DNA of 63,029 nucleotides from an uncultured Nitrososphaerota archaeon. Its GTDB lineage: Archaea > Thermoproteota > EX4484-205 > JAAOZO01. Positions 1-10,000 of this stretch are shown here, piece by piece. The notes below the pieces were generated by a model. That model was given only the letters and a program-made list of their open reading frames with translations. It searched no databases and was not told the origin of the DNA. Each line of letters starts with the position of its first letter. Position 1 is the first letter of the stretch. The DNA is taken from contig CAYOYV010000010.1 of assembly GCA_964408285.1 (NCBI GenBank), forward strand, positions 1,813-64,841, read 5' to 3'. A program made the position numbers and the translations under genes.

Positions 1-380
1 TTGCTCGATCTGCTCATGACGAATGTATTCAGTATGGCGTTGTTACCTCCATGGCCGTTCACAAGGAGGAGCCTCTCGAAACCGTTTCTCGACACTTCAT
101 CACATATTTCATCTAACATCTCCATGAGCAGGGCGGGCGACATTGTGAATGTGCCAGGGAAATGCCTGTTCTCTGGAACATAGGCGAAGGGAAGAGGCGG
201 CAGCACGATAGCGTGCTCTTTTTCAGTAGCCAATTCAACTAGTCTCTGGACAACATACGTATCAGTTCCAAGAGGCAGATGCGGACCATGTATTTCTATC
301 GATCCGACTGCCATCATGGCTATCGTTCCTTTTTCGACCTCTTTTTGGAAATCAGGCGACGTGAGATCTAGCCATAGCAT
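1..380 (-). CDS. Creatininase (creatinine amidohydrolase) family protein, runs off the left edge
   Basis: Not in the ORF track. Manual translation from ATG at 380 gives MLWLDLTSPDFQKEVEKGTIAMMAVGSIEIHGPHLPLGTDT, containing the creatininase GSxExHGPHLPLGTD motif. Confidence 0.9.
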   Translation of the reverse strand, partial: MLWLDLTSPDFQKEVEKGTIAMMAVGSIEIHGPHLPLGTDTYVVQRLVELATEKEHAIVLPPLPFAYVPENRHFPGTFTMSPALLMEMLDEICDEVSRNGFERLLLVNGHGGNNAILNTFVMSRSS

Positions 381-515
381 GTCTATCAAGCGACAAGCCC
401 GGAGATTAAGTTTTCTCGATCAGTCCAGTCAAGCTATGGTGATTCAATCTCTCTCTTGACTAAGAGTTTCATTGTAGGCGGCATTCGCATGTCTCTTTAA
501 TAATCCGTCCAATAC

Positions 516-1670
516 ATGACAGGAATCATGAGAACAAGTTTCATCGTTCCGTGTCACTACATTCGAGGGAAAATCGAATACGTTAATCTCATAAAGGGGG
601 GAATGGGGTGGAGTCATCATCAAGGGCCCGGATTTACTCAATACACAGATGGCCGCCTGTGTATGCTCTGGAGTGCATATGACATCCACGAATGCAACAA
701 TGACAACGTAATACTTTACTCAATCTCCAGAGACAATGGTGAGACCTGGTCAGAGCCGGAGGTCTTCATGGCCGCCCCGGGAAGCAATGTCTCTCATGTC
801 ATCCAAGCACAATTAAGAGGAACGGAAGAGGCAATCATGATAAATCGGGAGACTAGCTTCCGAGGGGCAGAGATAGATCCTGTTACGAGAACGGTGACAA
901 AATGGGCTAACTATGGCATTAGTCCAAGTCGAATTCTAATCAGGAGGTCTTTAGACCTTGGGAAAACATGGGGCCTAGAACACGAACTGTCCCCTGAGCA
1001 GATTGTTCCTTCATATCGTCCACCATTCTATGGGGCGCCTGAGTCCCTGATGCAATTGGAAGGCGGAGAGTTGCTTCTGGGTATTTGCTTTCTGCCTCCT
1101 GAGAGGCGCGACTACCAGCACTATCACATAGCCTTCTTCCTGTCCGATGACAAGGGAGATACTTGGGACAGGACCTTCATTCTTACTGTTCCTGAAGAAC
1201 GTGGTGCGATGGAACCGACTGTCGTTGAGCTTGGCTCCAATGAATTGTATTGTCTTCTGCGCAACAAGAGCGGATTCCTCTATGAAACGATGTCCCACGA
1301 TGCTGGGAGAAGCTGGACGGACCCAACTAAAACGAGCATACCCTCTCCGGAAGCAATTTGCAGACTGCTTAGGCTCCGAAGTGGCAAGGTCATCCTGATC
1401 TGGAACAATCAATCATCAAGAACGCAAGCTCCGCGGTATCCTCTCGTGGTGACAATCTCCAACGATGGCTGCAAAAGCTGGAGCGCCCCGCGATTGATAG
1501 CCACTGAGTCAGGAAGGAATCAACTCTCCAATTTTGGTGTGGTCCAACTAAATGATGATCGAATATTGCTTGGCGTCTCACATTACAATGCGACCCGACC
1601 GACATCCAGCGATATCGACCTAGCCGTATTCGACGAGGAATGGATTACAAGCGGAGAAAGCTTGGGCTGA
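516..1670 (+). CDS. BNR/Asp-box beta-propeller, sialidase-like protein
   Basis: Five Asp-boxes (SRDNGETW, SLDLGKTW, SDDKGDTW, SHDAGRSW, SNDGCKSW), plus MEPTVVEL and RYPL motifs. The true start may be ATG 528 (TTTAATAA at 496-503). Confidence 0.85.
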   Translation: MTGIMRTSFIVPCHYIRGKIEYVNLIKGGMGWSHHQGPGFTQYTDGRLCMLWSAYDIHECNNDNVILYSISRDNGETWSEPEVFMAAPGSNVSHVIQAQLRGTEEAIMINRETSFRGAEIDPVTRTVTKWANYGISPSRILIRRSLDLGKTWGLEHELSPEQIVPSYRPPFYGAPESLMQLEGGELLLGICFLPPERRDYQHYHIAFFLSDDKGDTWDRTFILTVPEERGAMEPTVVELGSNELYCLLRNKSGFLYETMSHDAGRSWTDPTKTSIPSPEAICRLLRLRSGKVILIWNNQSSRTQAPRYPLVVTISNDGCKSWSAPRLIATESGRNQLSNFGVVQLNDDRILLGVSHYNATRPTSSDIDLAVFDEEWITSGESLG

Positions 1671-1720
1671 GACAGCGCATGAATCCGCGCGCCATTGGAT
1701 CCCGCGGTTTGAAATACGCT

Positions 1721-2566
1721 CTATGACATTAGAAGAGGGAACTCCCTCCTCATCCATCGGATCGTCTCGTACATTGCCCTATCCATCGGCAGTGAATGGC
1801 CAGAATCATGGACGACGAGGTCCTTCGGTTCCTTGGCTGCATTGAACAACTTCATTCCAGTTTCAAAAGGCACCACGTCATCATGCTTTCCAATCTGAAT
1901 CAAGACAGGCCTCGGGGAAATCTTGTCGATATAGTTGATTGGATCTATGCTGCCCAATTGGCTCGTGAGGATTCTGAGCAGAAGGGATGGTATTCCTTTT
2001 GTTGCCTGCATGACGGTTGACTCCTTGCTCTTTGCCATGATTTCCGCAAGATTACCCCCAGGTACATACAAGACAGCCCCTGCAATTCTCTTGTCGACGC
2101 CTGCCACGACGCCACCTAGGATTCCTCCCATGCTTGAGCCAACCAATATGATCTTTCCGTTCTCTGCCCAACCATTCCGAAGTGCCACATCTATGGCAAG
2201 CCGATTATCCGCGATTGTCCCGCTCAGACCTTCTATGATATCGGATGGCGAAATCGCTGTCAGACTCCGCCTTCTTTCCCCGTGTCGCCTTGCGTCAATT
2301 GCGAACAGTGAGAATTCGAATGCTTCGGCTATCTCCTTGAGAAGGATTAGGTCCTCCTTCATACCATTAAGGCCATGAAGGAAAAGCAACAGCTTTCCAG
2401 TAGGCCCCTTCAGTCTGTGGAGTAGAAGAGCCGAGATTGGTTCCTCCAATTGGCCATTGATCCTTAGCCATTTCAACGTGAATCCTTCCTTCTCCTCCTG
2501 CTTTACAATAAGAGCCTCCAAGGGTTTCTTGCTTTGGATTTCGTATCGCTGCTCGTGGGACTGCAT
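1721..2566 (-). CDS. Alpha/beta hydrolase (esterase/peptidase S9-like)
   Basis: LHG oxyanion motif, GSSMG nucleophile elbow, HDDVV Asp and SGH His. Start trimmed to MQSHEQ (ORF extends to 2599). Confidence 0.85.
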   Translation of the reverse strand: MQSHEQRYEIQSKKPLEALIVKQEEKEGFTLKWLRINGQLEEPISALLLHRLKGPTGKLLLFLHGLNGMKEDLILLKEIAEAFEFSLFAIDARRHGERRRSLTAISPSDIIEGLSGTIADNRLAIDVALRNGWAENGKIILVGSSMGGILGGVVAGVDKRIAGAVLYVPGGNLAEIMAKSKESTVMQATKGIPSLLLRILTSQLGSIDPINYIDKISPRPVLIQIGKHDDVVPFETGMKLFNAAKEPKDLVVHDSGHSLPMDRAMYETIRWMRREFPLLMS

Positions 2567-2645
2567 GGAACCATAATGGCACGTGCGCTTAAAAACCATT
2601 TTTCACTAAGTATCAAACTTCAGACGAATATCGCGAGACTCGCTA

Positions 2646-3530
2646 ATGCTTTTAACTTCGCCAGTCAATCGGCTTGTTCAGTCCTTGACGATAATTGACG
2701 TTCATACACATCTAGGTCGATGCAAGTCAGGTGCCAAAGGACTGATAGGCTGGGTCGAATCGTCTCCAGAGGATCTATTGGGCTACATGGATTCGTGTAG
2801 CATTTCAAGATCCGTTGTCCTGCCGATACAGAAAGTGCCGAATATAGGTGAGGACCTGTGGATGACCGAAAAGGTATTAGAAGGATGCAAATCCGAGCCG
2901 TCCAGGCTGATCCCATTCTGCGTCGTGAGTCCTGAGACTGAGGATATCAAAGGCAGAATCAAGGGATATGTTGAAGAAGGTTGCAGGGGATTCGGTGAAC
3001 ACAGAGTTCCAATCCAAGTGGATCATCCTGCGAATATTGAGATATATTCGTCCTGCGAGAACCTTGGCATACCCATCCTTATCGAGATCTCTGACTCGTA
3101 CAACTTCGGGTTTGATTCGTTCGCGAAAGTGGCTTCAGATTTCAAAGGGCTCATATTCATTGCCCATGGGCCTGGTTGGTGGAGAGAGATCTCCGCTGAC
3201 GCTGATAGATCTAAAGCTTACCCGACTGGTCCGATCATACCGGGGGGCCAAGTGGAACGGATTCTTCTGGATAATGAAAATGTCTACGCGGATATCTCCG
3301 CCTATTCTGGATACAATGCGTTGTCAAGAGACATTGAATTCTCGAAAAGCTTCGTGGAGAAAGTCGGCGACAAACTTGTCTTTGGAACAGATTTCCCATG
3401 CATAGATCTAAACGGCGTGCAATTTGGCCCAGGAAGAAGTCACCTTTCGCTGCTGGAAAAACTCAATGTCTCAAGTGATTCTCTTGGAAACATCCTCTCG
3501 GGCAACATATCCTCTATCCTTGGATTGTGA
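2646..3530 (+). CDS. Amidohydrolase_2 family metal-dependent hydrolase
   Basis: IIDVHTH, GFGE, AHG and FGTDFP motifs. Confidence 0.85.
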   Translation: MLLTSPVNRLVQSLTIIDVHTHLGRCKSGAKGLIGWVESSPEDLLGYMDSCSISRSVVLPIQKVPNIGEDLWMTEKVLEGCKSEPSRLIPFCVVSPETEDIKGRIKGYVEEGCRGFGEHRVPIQVDHPANIEIYSSCENLGIPILIEISDSYNFGFDSFAKVASDFKGLIFIAHGPGWWREISADADRSKAYPTGPIIPGGQVERILLDNENVYADISAYSGYNALSRDIEFSKSFVEKVGDKLVFGTDFPCIDLNGVQFGPGRSHLSLLEKLNVSSDSLGNILSGNISSILGL

Positions 3531-3630
3531 AGAAATGGCTTGATTCGAATGAATCTGACTAAGAGAAAGCAGAACTTGCCTCCTTTCTGTCACTTTTTCC
3601 AGAACCTCTCTCTTCATGCCGACTAAATGA

Positions 3631-4449
3631 ATGGATAAACGGGTGACCAGAGTGATCGAAACTTATGTGTCAGATGGCGAGTATCCAACCTTTTTCTCGA
3701 TCCTTAATGGCGTTCGCCAGGCAATAGCAAAGGACTTGCCGATAGAAGAGAATGCTAGGATTCTCGATCTTGCAACAGGATATGCCTATTTCGCCATCGA
3801 ACTGGCAAGATTGCGCCCCGATGTTGAGATAGTCGGCATTGACATATCTAAAGATGATGTTGAAATCGCCCGAGAGAACATTGCCAAATGCGGACTGACC
3901 AAAAGAGTACACGTAGTCCGCATGGATGCGACGCACATGGATTTCCCAGACGAGAGCTTTGACTCAGTCGTGAACTTCCTGGGCTTCGAGGACATCTACA
4001 TGACGAGAGGAAAGTCAGGGGTTGGGAAGACGTTCCTGGAAGTAGGTAGAATTCTTAAGCCAAATCGGGATTTCTGTCTCGTTGCAATGCCTCCGGAGGA
4101 GATGGAAACAGCGGCTCAGAAGCTTGAGGTGCGCGTCTTTTCATACATATGTGGGGCTGTCTGGCTCAGCTTTCGAGACTACTCGGACATGCTTCGGAAG
4201 GCAGGACTTCGTCCTGTCAGCAAAGAAAATTACTATACTGGAAAGAAGCTCACGGCAGGTCAAGCTAGACAGGAAATCATTTTTGCCTGCCAGAACGTTC
4301 CAACCATTTACGGCATAAAGACTCCGCCATTCGAGAGAATATGGGAGCTTTTCGGAAAGGAGATAGAGCAAGAAGGCCTAGGTCATTACTCGAAGGTGAC
4401 TCTCATAAGGGCGAAGAAGGACCCGTCTACATGTATTGCTTCTAGATAG
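3631..4449 (+). CDS. Class I SAM-dependent methyltransferase
   Basis: ILDLATGYAY motif I, GIDIS, MDAT..FPDESFD, RILKP. Confidence 0.88.
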   Translation: MDKRVTRVIETYVSDGEYPTFFSILNGVRQAIAKDLPIEENARILDLATGYAYFAIELARLRPDVEIVGIDISKDDVEIARENIAKCGLTKRVHVVRMDATHMDFPDESFDSVVNFLGFEDIYMTRGKSGVGKTFLEVGRILKPNRDFCLVAMPPEEMETAAQKLEVRVFSYICGAVWLSFRDYSDMLRKAGLRPVSKENYYTGKKLTAGQARQEIIFACQNVPTIYGIKTPPFERIWELFGKEIEQEGLGHYSKVTLIRAKKDPSTCIASR

Positions 4450-5731
4450 GTTTTGAGAAGCCCCATTTGTCTAGTGCAACTGTCAGCTCTTTGTGTGTCT
4501 TCGCATATTCTTGTACGTCCACGTTCTTTAAGAAGGCATCGATGGCTTGCCTAATGGCTTTCGCCCCTGCCTTGCCGCCCATAGGATGTCCCCATAGTCC
4601 TCCGCCCACCTGGACTATTATGTTGGTCGAGATGATGTTAAGGACGTCTTTCAGTATGCCCGGATGGAGCCCTCCAGAACAAACCGGGAATGTAGGCCTG
4701 ATCGAGTACCAAGATTGATCCAACGAGTTCTTGTTGCCCTTGAAATTCTCACTTGTCAGCTCAGAGTAGAGGATCTTGACTTCCTCCAATGGGCTTTCAA
4801 GTTTTCCAACCACTGTCCCTATGTGAATGTGGTCAACTCCAATCAATCTCGCCAATTTTGCGACCATCAACATTGACATGCCATGCTCTGGGCTTCTCGT
4901 GAAGGCGGCATGAAAAGCTCTATGAGCATGGATTGCCAAGCCTAGGTCCTCGCACTCTTCCCTGATAGTCTGAAGCGCAGACCATCCGACAGTCAATATG
5001 TCTACCATGACGAAGCTTCCCCCGAAGTCCCTAACGAGCTTAGCCCTTCTGGCCATCTCCTTCGTCTCCGCAGTTATGTTAATCAGGTAGTCCTTTCTTT
5101 CACCAGTTTCCTTCTCCGCCTGATCCCTTTTTCTGAAAGATAATCTCGCTCTCTCCTCGAATCTATTGAATGGTTGACTGCTGAGATTCTCATCATCCTT
5201 CAGCAGATCCAATCCGCCTGTCCAAGCTTCGTAACCCGCAGTGGAATGCTCCTCCGATGTCATTCCCACTTTGGGCTTTGGGACTGTAGCCAGCAGAGGC
5301 CTATCATAGACTTTGAATGCATCCCTTACACCGAGAATGCCTTTCGATGGCCCTCTGAGACCATCTATATACCACTTCGGGAATCGCAGATCAAGTAGTT
5401 TGAGGGTCTGAAGGGCTTTCATCCCGAATATGTTGCCAGCGACTGAACTGACCAATTGAGGCACGTTACCAGCCTCGAACAAATCCCTGGGATAGGCTAC
5501 CTTCACAAGCCCACTATCGAAGCTATACGCCTTCGCCATCAGGCGCCTCATGCCTGGGCTCATCGTAGTTAGGGTCGTCCAAGTTCCAATGGAGGACTCA
5601 CTTGCGACTCTGCCTGCAGCATCCTCCATACTTGTGCCAATCGAGGGACTCATCTTGAAGAGAGCAATCAACTCATCATCGCTAGGGGCATATGCTTTAT
5701 CAATGAAATCCAAATACCATTCGAAGCCCAT
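4442..5731 (-). CDS. rbcL: Ribulose-1,5-bisphosphate carboxylase large subunit, archaeal form III
   Basis: ESSIGTWT, AGNIFGMK, PKPKVG, GLDLLKDDEN, HAHRAFH, HIGTVVGKLE, SGGLH, QVGGG..GHP. Catalytic residues are intact; 429 aa. Confidence 0.96.
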   Translation of the reverse strand: MGFEWYLDFIDKAYAPSDDELIALFKMSPSIGTSMEDAAGRVASESSIGTWTTLTTMSPGMRRLMAKAYSFDSGLVKVAYPRDLFEAGNVPQLVSSVAGNIFGMKALQTLKLLDLRFPKWYIDGLRGPSKGILGVRDAFKVYDRPLLATVPKPKVGMTSEEHSTAGYEAWTGGLDLLKDDENLSSQPFNRFEERARLSFRKRDQAEKETGERKDYLINITAETKEMARRAKLVRDFGGSFVMVDILTVGWSALQTIREECEDLGLAIHAHRAFHAAFTRSPEHGMSMLMVAKLARLIGVDHIHIGTVVGKLESPLEEVKILYSELTSENFKGNKNSLDQSWYSIRPTFPVCSGGLHPGILKDVLNIISTNIIVQVGGGLWGHPMGGKAGAKAIRQAIDAFLKNVDVQEYAKTHKELTVALDKWGFSKPI

Positions 5732-5805
5732 ATCCTCAATAAGCGAGTGATGCCAGATAAAGATTTTCGGAATTCCTAGCCGGGACGAGCGACAAACGAA
5801 GTATT

Positions 5806-6315
5806 TCAGGTCAGCAAGCCGGATCGCTGGGACAGGACTTTTCTGATTTTCCGGATCTTTGCCCGATCCTCTCTTCTCCCTAGTTTCTGATATGACAGCA
5901 GTTGTTCACGAAGAGAAGAAATAGGGATCATAGATCGTCCCACCCTGACTCTTGTCCTTGATTCCAGTCTTCCAAGCAGGGAAGTCCACCTGCCCCCATA
6001 TCTTATCTTCATGTCTCCAGCAACTTGCACCTTGATCCCTTGTATCCTATATTCAGCGAAGTAGGACTGAAATCGGTCGGAACGCCTGAAAGCGAGTCGC
6101 CTTACCTGATATTTCTCCAAAAGCTTTGCTATCTTGAAGGCGCCTTCTCTATCGGTCAGAACATCTATATCATTCGGGGAGACTTTCACTCCCTGGATGG
6201 CAAGGCTTGTGCTTCCGATAAGGGCCCATTTTGTTCTGCCATATTTGAGTCTGCGACTCAGGAATTCTATGGCTCGGATGATTCTCCGGTCCATCGATTC
6301 TGGCGACCCGGACAT
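5806..6315 (-). CDS. Nucleotidyltransferase-fold protein (Pol beta superfamily), very basic
   Basis: WALIGSTSLAIQG...DIDVL (GS..DxD motif). Confidence 0.75.
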   Translation of the reverse strand: MSGSPESMDRRIIRAIEFLSRRLKYGRTKWALIGSTSLAIQGVKVSPNDIDVLTDREGAFKIAKLLEKYQVRRLAFRRSDRFQSYFAEYRIQGIKVQVAGDMKIRYGGRWTSLLGRLESRTRVRVGRSMIPISSLREQLLSYQKLGRREDRAKIRKIRKVLSQRSGLLT

Positions 6316-6347
6316 TGGGCCCTATTAGAGTTTGCCATTGAATGGGC

Positions 6348-6815
6348 CTATGGTATCCCCAAGCTGCCGGCAATGATCGTGAAAAGACTTTGAGTGATTA
6401 AGCTCAATCCAGCTACGACTACAAACCAACCAAGGAAGGTAAGCCATTCAAGTAAACCCATCGAGAGCATATTAAGGATCCAAGCCGAACCCCCCCAGAA
6501 GACCACTCCTGACAATGACGAGGCTTTCTTCGAGATGCCTTCGTTCAATACGAATCTTGCCAGAAGAGCGAATATCTCGAAAATAAGCATGGCCAGAGAG
6601 AAATCAAAGACTATGCCATACAGAGCAGGGTGATTAGTTCTGGGGACGGGTATGCCCAGAGCTCCAACTCGCCTCAACTCGAAGTCACTGAGGAATTCCC
6701 TGAGGAGGTCTGGGATGTCAGGCCTGAGAATGAGAAAGGAACCGATCAATATCAGGAAGAATCCGAATCCTGCAAGATCCAATAGGTCAGTTCGATCTGT
6801 CCTTCTTTCAGTCAA
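6348..6815 (-). CDS. Hypothetical multi-pass membrane protein
   Basis: About four hydrophobic segments; co-oriented with the NTase gene and rbcL. Confidence 0.7.
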   Translation of the reverse strand: MTERRTDRTDLLDLAGFGFFLILIGSFLILRPDIPDLLREFLSDFELRRVGALGIPVPRTNHPALYGIVFDFSLAMLIFEIFALLARFVLNEGISKKASSLSGVVFWGGSAWILNMLSMGLLEWLTFLGWFVVVAGLSLITQSLFTIIAGSLGIP

Positions 6816-6903
6816 TCGTACCCACCAACCAAGCGCCTTTGGCCGTTCTAGGCGAGAATAGACTTAAATCCGTTTTGGTTGAGTGAACAAAAAAGAAGAA
6901 TTC

Positions 6904-8340
6904 ATGAAGATCCTGTTTGTTGAGCCGCCGAAGGATTATTGGTTCATTATGGGAGAATACCTTCCTCCTCCCTTGGGCATATTGGCCTTAGCTGCCTATC
7001 TTGAGTCCAAACATAATGATCTTGAGGTCGAAGTGCTGGATTGCCAAGCTGAAAAGGTCAATTGGGATGGGCTGAAAAGAAGGATAGAATCCATCCGGCC
7101 TGAAATCATCGCCCCGAGTGGTCTAGCCACATGCAACGCCTACTCCGTCTTGAGAACAGTGGAAACCGCCAAGAATGCGAATTCCCAGATAAGGACAATC
7201 GTTGGTGGGCAGCATTTCACAGCAACAGCAGAGCCAAGTCTTCAGGCCTTTCCAGAGATTGACTTCGTGGTAAGGGGAGAAGGAGAAGAGACATTGTCAG
7301 ATCTGATCAAGGCCTTGTCCGCCGGACAATCGCTCTCAGATGTCAGAGGCATATCGTTCAGGCACAACGGCAAGATCATTCACAATCCTGACAGGGAATT
7401 GATCGATAATCTGGACACACTTCCATTTCCCGGCTATCACTTTGTGGAAAAGCAAATGAGCAAGTACCATTTCAAGATGATGGCCGGAGAGGACAATGGC
7501 TATGCTCTTATCGAGGGCTCACGTGGTTGCCAACACAGGTGCCTTTTCTGTTCGCAATGGAAGCATTGGAATGGCACATGGCGGGTCAAATCGCCGAGAA
7601 GGATAGTAGATGAAATCGAAGATTGCTACGAAAAATACGGACCCAAGTTCTTCTGGCTCACCGACGACAATTTTGGCCCGAGGAAGAGGGTTGAGGCCCT
7701 TTGCGATGAGATAATACGAAGAGGGCTTGGAAAAGAGATTGCTTGGTTCGTACAAACAAGATGCGACGATGTCATCAACTATGGCAACTTACTGCCTAAG
7801 ATAAGGAGCGCGGGCTGCGCCTGGATGCTATTGGGAATAGAAAGGCACGATCAGGGATCTCTGGAATACCTAAGAAAGGGGACAAATCCTTCCCAAGCCA
7901 GACCTGCGATAGACCAGTTGAAGAAGAATGACATTTTCGCTCAGGTTATGTTCATCATCGGACAAAGAACTGACTCACATAGGTCAATAAAGGAACTAAG
8001 GGAGTTCGCATCTGAGATTGATCCGGATCTGGCCATTTTCTCGGTATTGACTCCACTTCCTGGGACTGATTTGTACGAGATCGCAAGCAAGAACGGGTGG
8101 ATAGAAGACAAAAATTGGGCGAATTATGATATGATCCATGCCATCATGCCGACGGAGCATCTCTCCAGAAACGATGTCCAAGAGGAACTCTACGACTGCT
8201 ATGAAGCATTCTACGGAAGCCTAAGACGGCGCATCACGGGCATATTTTCATCGAATGCCATAAAAAGGAGGACATTCAGTTACATGGCAGGGCAAACCGC
8301 ACTACAAGGCCTGAGGAACCTTTTTAGTCATGTCCGGTGA
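6904..8340 (+). CDS. Cobalamin-binding radical SAM protein (class B / BchE-like)
   Basis: N-terminal B12-binding domain (PPLGILALAAYL, VGGQHFT, VRGEGE), SRGCQHRCLFC CxxxCxxC motif, TDDNF, TPLPGT. ORF extends to 6883. Confidence 0.92.
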   Translation: MKILFVEPPKDYWFIMGEYLPPPLGILALAAYLESKHNDLEVEVLDCQAEKVNWDGLKRRIESIRPEIIAPSGLATCNAYSVLRTVETAKNANSQIRTIVGGQHFTATAEPSLQAFPEIDFVVRGEGEETLSDLIKALSAGQSLSDVRGISFRHNGKIIHNPDRELIDNLDTLPFPGYHFVEKQMSKYHFKMMAGEDNGYALIEGSRGCQHRCLFCSQWKHWNGTWRVKSPRRIVDEIEDCYEKYGPKFFWLTDDNFGPRKRVEALCDEIIRRGLGKEIAWFVQTRCDDVINYGNLLPKIRSAGCAWMLLGIERHDQGSLEYLRKGTNPSQARPAIDQLKKNDIFAQVMFIIGQRTDSHRSIKELREFASEIDPDLAIFSVLTPLPGTDLYEIASKNGWIEDKNWANYDMIHAIMPTEHLSRNDVQEELYDCYEAFYGSLRRRITGIFSSNAIKRRTFSYMAGQTALQGLRNLFSHVR

Positions 8341-9055
8341 GAGCGGCGCAATACAAGGATCGCGCTTCCTGGTCCTGTCGATAACAGGTCTAGCAGTCCT
8401 TGCTATACTGACCTTCTTTACGGCGCCTCCGGCGAGCGCAAGTCCACTACAGAGGCCAATCGCGGGTCTGGTCTTTGTTCTGATCTGCGCTTCGGGAACC
8501 CTAGCTGCCATCTACCCGTCAAGATGTTCCAATGTGATAGGTGGTGGGAGGAAAATCAAGGAAGAGAATTCGCCGCCATCAATTGAGCAGAAGGCCCTAG
8601 TCAGTATGAGTGGACACCATCCCAATTGTGGCAAGTTCCTTGCACACACCTTTCAGATCGGAGACAAGCTCTATTGTGCGGGATGTACTGGTCTCGTCAT
8701 AGGAGCGCTTGTCTCAATCATTGGTACGGTCGGATATCTGGTGATTGTCCCCCAGATCGGAACGACGAGCACATTGATTTTTTGCCTCGGATTCTTCGCC
8801 GTTTGTCTCGCCTTACTCCAACATATTCTTCTTCAAGTCAGGAGGAATCATGCTCATTTGCTTCTTAGCATTGGCTTCGTTATTGGGGATTTTCTCATTC
8901 TGATAGCAGTGATGGAGATGAACAATTCAATCTTCGTTGAGGCTTACTTCCTGACGTTGACTGTCCTTCTCATCCTCACACGCGTGATTCTTTCACAAAT
9001 GGAGCATGAAAGGGTATGTCGGGAATGCAATCTAAATGATTGCGGCCTGAGATGA
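8330..9055 (+). CDS. Membrane protein with Cys/His metal motif (DUF2085-like)
   Basis: About six TM segments, GHHPNC...YCAGCTG, and C-terminal CRECNLNDC. Overlaps the radical SAM gene end. Confidence 0.7.
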   Translation: MSGESGAIQGSRFLVLSITGLAVLAILTFFTAPPASASPLQRPIAGLVFVLICASGTLAAIYPSRCSNVIGGGRKIKEENSPPSIEQKALVSMSGHHPNCGKFLAHTFQIGDKLYCAGCTGLVIGALVSIIGTVGYLVIVPQIGTTSTLIFCLGFFAVCLALLQHILLQVRRNHAHLLLSIGFVIGDFLILIAVMEMNNSIFVEAYFLTLTVLLILTRVILSQMEHERVCRECNLNDCGLR

Positions 9056-9066
9056 CTTCTGGACTA

Positions 9067-9390
9067 CTACCGTCCGGACCTTCTCAGATACCCAAGCAAA
9101 GCAGCTATGACAATAAGCAATCCGATCACGATCATGATGATAGGGCCGATATATCGCTCGACCTCAAACCCTAGAGCCTGTCCCAATCCCAATACTATGA
9201 GTATTGATCCGATAAGCAAGCCAATGATCGCTCCGACATAGGGATTCGGCCTTAGATCTATGCCAAAACAATCGTCTTTGGATCTGCTGACTGGTCTGAA
9301 CTGAGGTCCGCCTTTGAGCGATGCCCCACATTTCCTGCAATATTCAGAACCCTCCTCATTCTGGGTTCCGCACTTGTCACAATATACCAT
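9067..9390 (-). CDS. Zinc-ribbon membrane protein
   Basis: YCDKCG...YCRKCG, followed by two TM helices. Confidence 0.85.
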   Translation of the reverse strand: MVYCDKCGTQNEEGSEYCRKCGASLKGGPQFRPVSRSKDDCFGIDLRPNPYVGAIIGLLIGSILIVLGLGQALGFEVERYIGPIIMIVIGLLIVIAALLGYLRRSGR

Positions 9391-9550
9391 TATTTCTCGC
9401 CTTCAGTGGCGTCTCATCGCTCGAATACTATTAAGGATTATGGTACGCGCTGGCGTATGCGAGTCCATAACAACAGTGGCACACCAACACATTCGTGAAT
9501 TCCTCGAGCACTAGGGTTATATATGTAGGCCTTCGGGGGAATCAATCATT

Positions 9551-9892
9551 ATGGCCGGTGAGCAGACATACTGTGCTAGATGTGGTAGGAAGACGACCGA
9601 GGACATGGACTACTGCCCTTCCTGTGGAGCTTACTTGGGAAAAAAGGAACAAGAGCAATATTCAGTCTCTTCGGATGAGCTTGTGAAGCGGATCAAAGAA
9701 CTTATTCACGAGGGAAATGTGACAAGGATAATCGTGAAGGACGATAGGGGAGAGACTCTTCTTGAGATGCCCGTCACTATAGGGGTCGTTGGCGCGTTGC
9801 TCGCTCCTTGGATGGCCGCGCTAGGCGTGATCGCGGCAATCGCAACTCGGTGCAATATCATCGTAATCAGGAAAGAAGAAAGAAAGCCCTAG
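9551..9892 (+). CDS. Zinc-ribbon plus DUF4342-like protein
   Basis: YCARCG..YCPSCG, then IKELIHEGNVTRIIVK...LLEMPVTIG. TATA-like TTATATAT at about 9517. Confidence 0.85.
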   Translation: MAGEQTYCARCGRKTTEDMDYCPSCGAYLGKKEQEQYSVSSDELVKRIKELIHEGNVTRIIVKDDRGETLLEMPVTIGVVGALLAPWMAALGVIAAIATRCNIIVIRKEERKP

Positions 9893-10000
9893 CAGAGACC
9901 TTGACAATTCGATAGCATATAAGACTGCTGCCACTAGCTTCTAAGGGCCGATGGGGCATTCTTCTATCACAGCAGAAGACGGAAGCTGGTGAGGCAATGC

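Noticed and set aside
4442-5731. RuBisCO-like protein (form IV) interpretation
   Set aside because: KDDE, HRAxH, loop-6 GKLE and SGG are all canonical for a true carboxylase.
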